Source of the DNA: Candidatus Woesebacteria bacterium
GTDB lineage: Bacteria; Patescibacteriota; Microgenomatia; UBA1400; UBA1396
Length of the DNA: 64,000 bases
Assembly (NCBI GenBank): GCA_021208605.1
Contig: JAJOJK010000002.1
Location: 103,851 to 167,850, forward strand
Direction of reading: 5' to 3'
Shown here: piece after piece, positions 59,210 through 64,000 of the stretch
How positions within the stretch are numbered: the first letter of the stretch is position 1
Layout of the letters: each line of letters opens with the position of its first letter
Notes under the pieces: generated by a model
Database searches by the model: none
Seen by the model: the letters and a program-made list of their open reading frames with translations, nothing else
Told to the model about the DNA's origin: nothing
Position numbers and translations under genes: made by a program

Positions 59210-60340
59210 TTAGCTTCTCTCTTTGACCAATTGGTAAACCTGTTTGGTTTCGGCAGCAGCCTGATCCCAAGAAAAAGTATCTAGCGTCTGCTGCATTTTT
59301 GCGACTCGCTTCTTACGAGCTAGAGAATCACTCGCTTCTATACTCTGGCACGCTTCCGCAATCGCCGCCACGTTGTAAGGATCTACAAGCTCGGCGCCCG
59401 GTCCAGCAATCTCGACCATACTAGAAACCTGGGAAGTCACCACTGGACAGCCATGGAAATAGGCTTCCAGAATCGGCAAACCAAAGCCTTCATACAGCGA
59501 TACGTATACCAACGCGTGTGCCAAACGGTACAAACTAGCCAAACGAGCGGAATCAACGTAGCCCATGTAGTGTATACCCTCTGATTGTGGGAGCTCATCC
59601 CATCCCTCGGCACCAACAATATACAAATCAAACTGATCGCGGATCTTTTCCCACGCTGCAATGACTCGTCGTAAGTTCTTGCGCGGTTCGGTAGTGCCGA
59701 CAGTCAAGAGAAACGGTTTTGTCCCCGGAAGATTTTTCTTGACGGCCGTCACTTCCTGTTCGCTCGGCACGTACTGGGCTTCGCGCGGCAGAGCTTCGTA
59801 AATAACCGTCACCTGCTCTGGCGGAATTGCCGTCAGATTGACGATATCTTTTTTGGTCGATTCGGAAACAGCAATAATCTGAATTTCGGGATGACGCTCT
59901 AGGGTAGCCAGCAATCGATCATACATCGCCACCACTTTTGGATGCGCGGTTTCTGGATAGAGTCGATACGCTAAGTCGTGAATCGTCACCACCTGCGGCA
60001 CCGATCCAACTGGAGCGAGCTGCCAATCCCAGGCGTGATACACATCCAAACCAGGCGCTATCCACTGCGGCTGAGGCATACCGACACTTTGCCAGAGACG
60101 GTGGAGTCCGGAAGGTGGCAGCGGCAAGAGTGTTGAGTCCACGGTCGAACCAAACTGATTCATCCACGCTCGTAAAGTAGCTTGTTGTCGCAGTGAGTAC
60201 CCCAACAAATGCAGAGCAAGTCCCGGTTGCTCGACCAACGACTGCACGACATTACTGGTATAACGTGAAACGCCGCGGCCGTAGGGCACCGACGAAACAT
60301 CAATCATCACGTGTATATTTGAAGCGGTGGTTTTATTCAT
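59210..60340 (-). CDS. Glycosyltransferase family 4
   Basis: GVSRY, TIHDL, GTTEPRKN, SLYEGFGLPILEA. Confidence 0.92.
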   Translation of the reverse strand: MNKTTASNIHVMIDVSSVPYGRGVSRYTSNVVQSLVEQPGLALHLLGYSLRQQATLRAWMNQFGSTVDSTLLPLPPSGLHRLWQSVGMPQPQWIAPGLDVYHAWDWQLAPVGSVPQVVTIHDLAYRLYPETAHPKVVAMYDRLLATLERHPEIQIIAVSESTKKDIVNLTAIPPEQVTVIYEALPREAQYVPSEQEVTAVKKNLPGTKPFLLTVGTTEPRKNLRRVIAAWEKIRDQFDLYIVGAEGWDELPQSEGIHYMGYVDSARLASLYRLAHALVYVSLYEGFGLPILEAYFHGCPVVTSQVSSMVEIAGPGAELVDPYNVAAIAEACQSIEASDSLARKKRVAKMQQTLDTFSWDQAAAETKQVYQLVKERS

Positions 60341-61835
60341 ACTGGCTATTCTCCGCAAACAATTGTTGTCGTACCCACATCCGGACCGGGCCTATGTTCG
60401 GATACGTTATGGCGCCGATTTCTTCATAGCCCCATTCAGAAAGTACAAACTCTATTTTTCGATCTGGATCCGTTAAATCACGCAGATAATCAAACACCAA
60501 AACGTATTCGTAATTCTGCACGCCCATGAGTGTCTCTTCCACTTCCGCATAACTGGCTGGAGGCACAGTACCAGTATTGTACGTCTGCCAACCCTCAGTG
60601 GCGTACCAACGCCAGGAGGCGAATGGTCCATCAAAGCCAAAAACTACCGCGGTATTCTGCGCACTAAAGGAATGCTCGACTTCTTGCACCAAGGCGCGCC
60701 AATTTTCTCGTTGTAAGACCGGTTGCGTCCAGTAACTCCAATTCGCCCACGCTTGCCAAGCAACAAACCAACTCACCAATGCCAATCCTACCCAGCGCCG
60801 ATACTGAACGACCACGCCCACCAGAGCCAAAATAAGCGGTAAAAGATAGAGCACTCGTTTCGGGGCCAAAACTGGAGTCAGCAGCGTAAAAAGCCACGCA
60901 GCGCCAAAGGCAATACTTGTGAGGAAAAGAGTCTGCAGGAGAAAATTACGCGACAGGCCTGGTTTCTTTTGCAATGATGCCAACGCAGCCAGAACTCCGA
61001 CACCCAGCAGCACCCACCACAAACCAACGCTCACCACGAACCACAGGGAAATATCCACTTCTAAAACACCGGTGACAAACTTGGCCAAAGTGAGAGGTAC
61101 AGCCTTCAAAAATGGGACACTCACCACTTCTGCCCATCCCGGCAAAGAAGCACGCAGCGTCTGTCCGACTCGCCACTGTTCCCAAAAACCCGGTAACCAC
61201 ACCATAAAGAACACACTCGAAACCAAAAATGACTGCGTCACGCGCCACCACTTACGAGGATAAAAAGTGACCGTCATCGCCCACTGGGCCATCCACCAAA
61301 ATATGAAAACGTATGAACTCAAAAAACCAAGGGCATTACTCAGTGTCAAAAAAATCAGCCACCGTTGACGCTTCTTTCCTTCTGCCGCTTGGAGCCATTC
61401 ATATACGCTATACCAACTGAGGGCGGCAAAAAAAACGCCCCACATATACGGACGTAACTCCTGAGAGAAAAAAAGGTGCAAATTTGATACAGCCAACAAA
61501 CTCCCAGTCACCACTGCAGCCTTTTGACTGACTTGCTTCCGCAGTAAGAGCATCACAAAAGCGATCGATCCAATTCCCGGAACGACCGATGCCAAGCGCA
61601 ACCACCATTCGGCATGAGAAACATACTGCAAAGCATGCACTACCAAATGGAAAAACGGCGGCTGGAAATCCTCAGCTAACACAAACTGCTGCCACCATGG
61701 CCGTGCGCTCTCGATAGCTTGCGCGGCTTCATCGAGCCAGAATGATCCATTCAAAAAAGGCACTCGCAGTAAAACTGCCAAAATGAGCACAAGCGTAAAC
61801 TGAAACCACCATTGCTTGTATCGAGCTGTTTTCAT
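60333..61835 (-). CDS. GT-C (PMT/ArnT-like) membrane glycosyltransferase
   Basis: SFWLDEA, DFQPP, SQELRPY, RENWR. Confidence 0.82.
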   Translation of the reverse strand: MKTARYKQWWFQFTLVLILAVLLRVPFLNGSFWLDEAAQAIESARPWWQQFVLAEDFQPPFFHLVVHALQYVSHAEWWLRLASVVPGIGSIAFVMLLLRKQVSQKAAVVTGSLLAVSNLHLFFSQELRPYMWGVFFAALSWYSVYEWLQAAEGKKRQRWLIFLTLSNALGFLSSYVFIFWWMAQWAMTVTFYPRKWWRVTQSFLVSSVFFMVWLPGFWEQWRVGQTLRASLPGWAEVVSVPFLKAVPLTLAKFVTGVLEVDISLWFVVSVGLWWVLLGVGVLAALASLQKKPGLSRNFLLQTLFLTSIAFGAAWLFTLLTPVLAPKRVLYLLPLILALVGVVVQYRRWVGLALVSWFVAWQAWANWSYWTQPVLQRENWRALVQEVEHSFSAQNTAVVFGFDGPFASWRWYATEGWQTYNTGTVPPASYAEVEETLMGVQNYEYVLVFDYLRDLTDPDRKIEFVLSEWGYEEIGAITYPNIGPVRMWVRQQLFAENSQYE

Positions 61836-62821
61836 GACGGGTTGATACGTTTTTTGAAGTACTCAATGGTGGGAATGAGACCCTGCTCAAGGGTAACCCG
61901 AGGTTGCCAGTTCAGCAAGGCATGTGCCTTGGAAATATCGGGCTGACGGCGACGCGGGTCATCTGCTGGCAGTGGCTCAAAATTTCGCTGCAACTCAGTA
62001 CCCAGAACCGCTTCAATTTTGTCGGCCAGCTCCAGCATCGTGAATTCATCGGGATTCCCCAAGTTAATGGTTTCTCCGGCGAGATCATCATCAGCTACAA
62101 AGGTCAAAATGCCAGCGACGAGGTCTTCAACATAACAAAAAGAACGCGTCTGCAAACCATCACCAAAAATATTGATCGGCTCTCCGCGCAACGCTCGTAA
62201 ACAAAAATCCGGAATAACACGACCATCGAAGGGATCCATATGCGGCCCATAGGTGTTAAAAATGCGAATCAAGCGTGTGTCGGCACCAAAATCACGGTGC
62301 CAGACTCCACAGATGGTCTCACCGAGACGTTTTGATTCGTCATAGCAAGAGCGAACGCCGTTGGGATTGACGTTGCCCCAATACGTCTCTTTTTGAGGAT
62401 GTTTAAGTGGATCACCATACACTTCAGAAGTCGACGCAAACAGCATGCGCGCTCCGTGCTTAGCAGCGTATTGCGCTAGTTGGTGCGTAGTTTGGCTGTT
62501 CACTAAGTATGTCAGCACGGGTTCCGCCTGGTAGCGTGGCGGACTGGCTGGAGAGGCCATGTGCAAAATGAGCGTCCATGGTTCGATCGCCGCCGACAAA
62601 AACTCTTCCATCCAGATGAAATCAGTAGCATCGTGCTCCACAATGTGCACTTGCGCATCATCGAGCCAAGGGAGAACGTTATCGCGATTTCCGGTGATGT
62701 AGTTATCTACAATAGTAATGTGTGCTTCGGGATACTGCTGACGAATAGCAGCCACCAAGTGTGAACCGATAAACCCCGCTCCGCCCGTCAATAAAATTCG
62801 CTCAAAAACAGTGCTCTTCAT
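61832..62821 (-). CDS. UDP-glucuronate decarboxylase (UXS-like SDR)
   Basis: GGAGFIGSH, ASPASP, STSEVYGDP, YWGNVNP.G.RSCYDE.KR, RIFNTYGP, DDP.RR.PDI. Confidence 0.92.
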   Translation of the reverse strand: MKSTVFERILLTGGAGFIGSHLVAAIRQQYPEAHITIVDNYITGNRDNVLPWLDDAQVHIVEHDATDFIWMEEFLSAAIEPWTLILHMASPASPPRYQAEPVLTYLVNSQTTHQLAQYAAKHGARMLFASTSEVYGDPLKHPQKETYWGNVNPNGVRSCYDESKRLGETICGVWHRDFGADTRLIRIFNTYGPHMDPFDGRVIPDFCLRALRGEPINIFGDGLQTRSFCYVEDLVAGILTFVADDDLAGETINLGNPDEFTMLELADKIEAVLGTELQRNFEPLPADDPRRRQPDISKAHALLNWQPRVTLEQGLIPTIEYFKKRINPS

Positions 62822-62892
62822 GCGGTCATCATACCAGAGGATCAGGTACAATAGAAACATTCAAACAAGAGGTACAAAAATAGAAGGAACCT

Positions 62893-63339
62893 ATGACCCC
62901 AGTCCAACGACTCACCGAAGACATGAAGAATGCCATGCGGAACAAAGACAAAGAAGCCCTCGATGCTATTCGTTTCTTGCTCTCCCAAGTGAAAAATGCG
63001 GAAATCGATAAACCAAATCGGGAAGCCCTCACAGAAGAAGAGTTCACTAAAGTGGTGCGTAAACTCGTTAAAAATGCTGAAGAAGCTATTCAACAGTACC
63101 GCGATGGTGATCGTCCAGATCTGGCTGAAGAAGAAGAGCGTAAAGTCACACTCTGGGAAAACTACTTGCCTCAACAAATGTCAGATGAAGAAGTGGCGAC
63201 TATTGTCGACGATGTTCTTGCCAATAATCCTGACCAAACACAAATGGGTCCCATCATCGGACAAGTCATGGCTCGCACCCAGGGTCGCACAGACGGTGGA
63301 ACCGTATCTCGTATTGTCAAAGAAAAATTGTCGGCGTAA
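62893..63339 (+). CDS. GatB/YqeY domain protein
   Basis: MK.AM, YLPQQMS, MG.IIG.VM....GR.DG. Confidence 0.92.
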   Translation: MTPVQRLTEDMKNAMRNKDKEALDAIRFLLSQVKNAEIDKPNREALTEEEFTKVVRKLVKNAEEAIQQYRDGDRPDLAEEEERKVTLWENYLPQQMSDEEVATIVDDVLANNPDQTQMGPIIGQVMARTQGRTDGGTVSRIVKEKLSA

Positions 63340-64000
63340 TTACTCGGTCGTCGCCACTTCTGGTGACACTTGCAGTAAGGCACCAAACCCATTGGCTTCG
63401 AGTTCTGGACTGATCACGATACGGGGAATCGCCGCGCGCGAATACTCCAACAGTGGAATGCCGAGACCTTCAGCACGAGACAAGAAAAGACCTCTCTCAG
63501 CTTGAAATAAGTACGCCCATTTTTCGGAGTCGGAAATCTCGCCGGTAAACTGAACTCTCCTGGCAATGCCAAGCCGAACGGTATACCACCACAGTTTGAT
63601 TCGGTCTTTTCGACCAAGCTTACAAATCACTACCAACCGGTGCGATTGCGGACACGACTCAGCAAAATACGCCAGCGTACCGCGCAAATTCTTGCGCCAT
63701 TCTCCGCCGGAAATACTCACGACTAATGGACGTGCACTCGGAGAGAGTCGCACGGGAACATCTTTCGGAACTTCTATCCAGTCAGTGCGCAAACCAAATT
63801 CCAGAGTGGTAATGCGTTCTTTGGGCACCTGGAGCAAACTGATCACTTGTTGACGAACATGCGGCGAAATAGCGTGCAACTGCAGATGCGGCAACCACTG
63901 CAGACGTTCTCGGTATACTTGCTGATCCCCGTCTGGCCAAGTTTGCAAGATGGTTTTGGGATGCTCAAGCGGAAGCAGATCAAATACGATCGCATGAATC
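63340..64000 (-). CDS. Glycosyltransferase (GT4-like), 5' end outside the window
   Basis: Frame is open to the window edge (IHAIVFDLLPL...); RKNL, SRAEGLGIPLLE. Confidence 0.75.
   Translation of the reverse strand, partial: IHAIVFDLLPLEHPKTILQTWPDGDQQVYRERLQWLPHLQLHAISPHVRQQVISLLQVPKERITTLEFGLRTDWIEVPKDVPVRLSPSARPLVVSISGGEWRKNLRGTLAYFAESCPQSHRLVVICKLGRKDRIKLWWYTVRLGIARRVQFTGEISDSEKWAYLFQAERGLFLSRAEGLGIPLLEYSRAAIPRIVISPELEANGFGALLQVSPEVATTE

Noticed and set aside
1-64000. Alternative genetic code (TGA read-through) to explain split genes
   Set aside because: The splits are frame changes, not in-frame stops, and TGA ends several conserved genes at the expected place.

Overview
Chromosomal window from a small-genome bacterium, inferred from gene content to be Patescibacteria/CPR (Microgenomates-like), using genetic code 11. 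It carries housekeeping genes (tyrS, hisS, lepB, map, recQ, ruvCAB, mraZ-rsmH-ftsL-ftsI, murE/C/B/A, yvcK), three tRNAs (Pro-TGG, Leu-TAA, Gly-TCC), many sugar-nucleotide and GT2/GT4/GT-C glycosylation genes, a Fur/ZIP metal locus, a three-gene ATP-citrate-lyase-type system, and patches of AT-richer orphan genes. Best findings: (1) a ~2.8 kb element integrated at tRNA-Pro whose attachment site appears to lie inside its own large serine recombinase gene, so integration or excision would swap the enzyme's C-terminal tail (16 aa from the tRNA antisense strand vs 45 aa from the far end of the element); (2) a complete His-leader transcription attenuator (MKQITQNTMHHHPRF) upstream of hisS; (3) a bistable RNA leader that can sequester the RBS of an orphan gene. 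About nine single-base frameshifts, mostly at homopolymer runs, suggest indel errors in the assembly. All calls come from reading motifs by eye; no searches were run.
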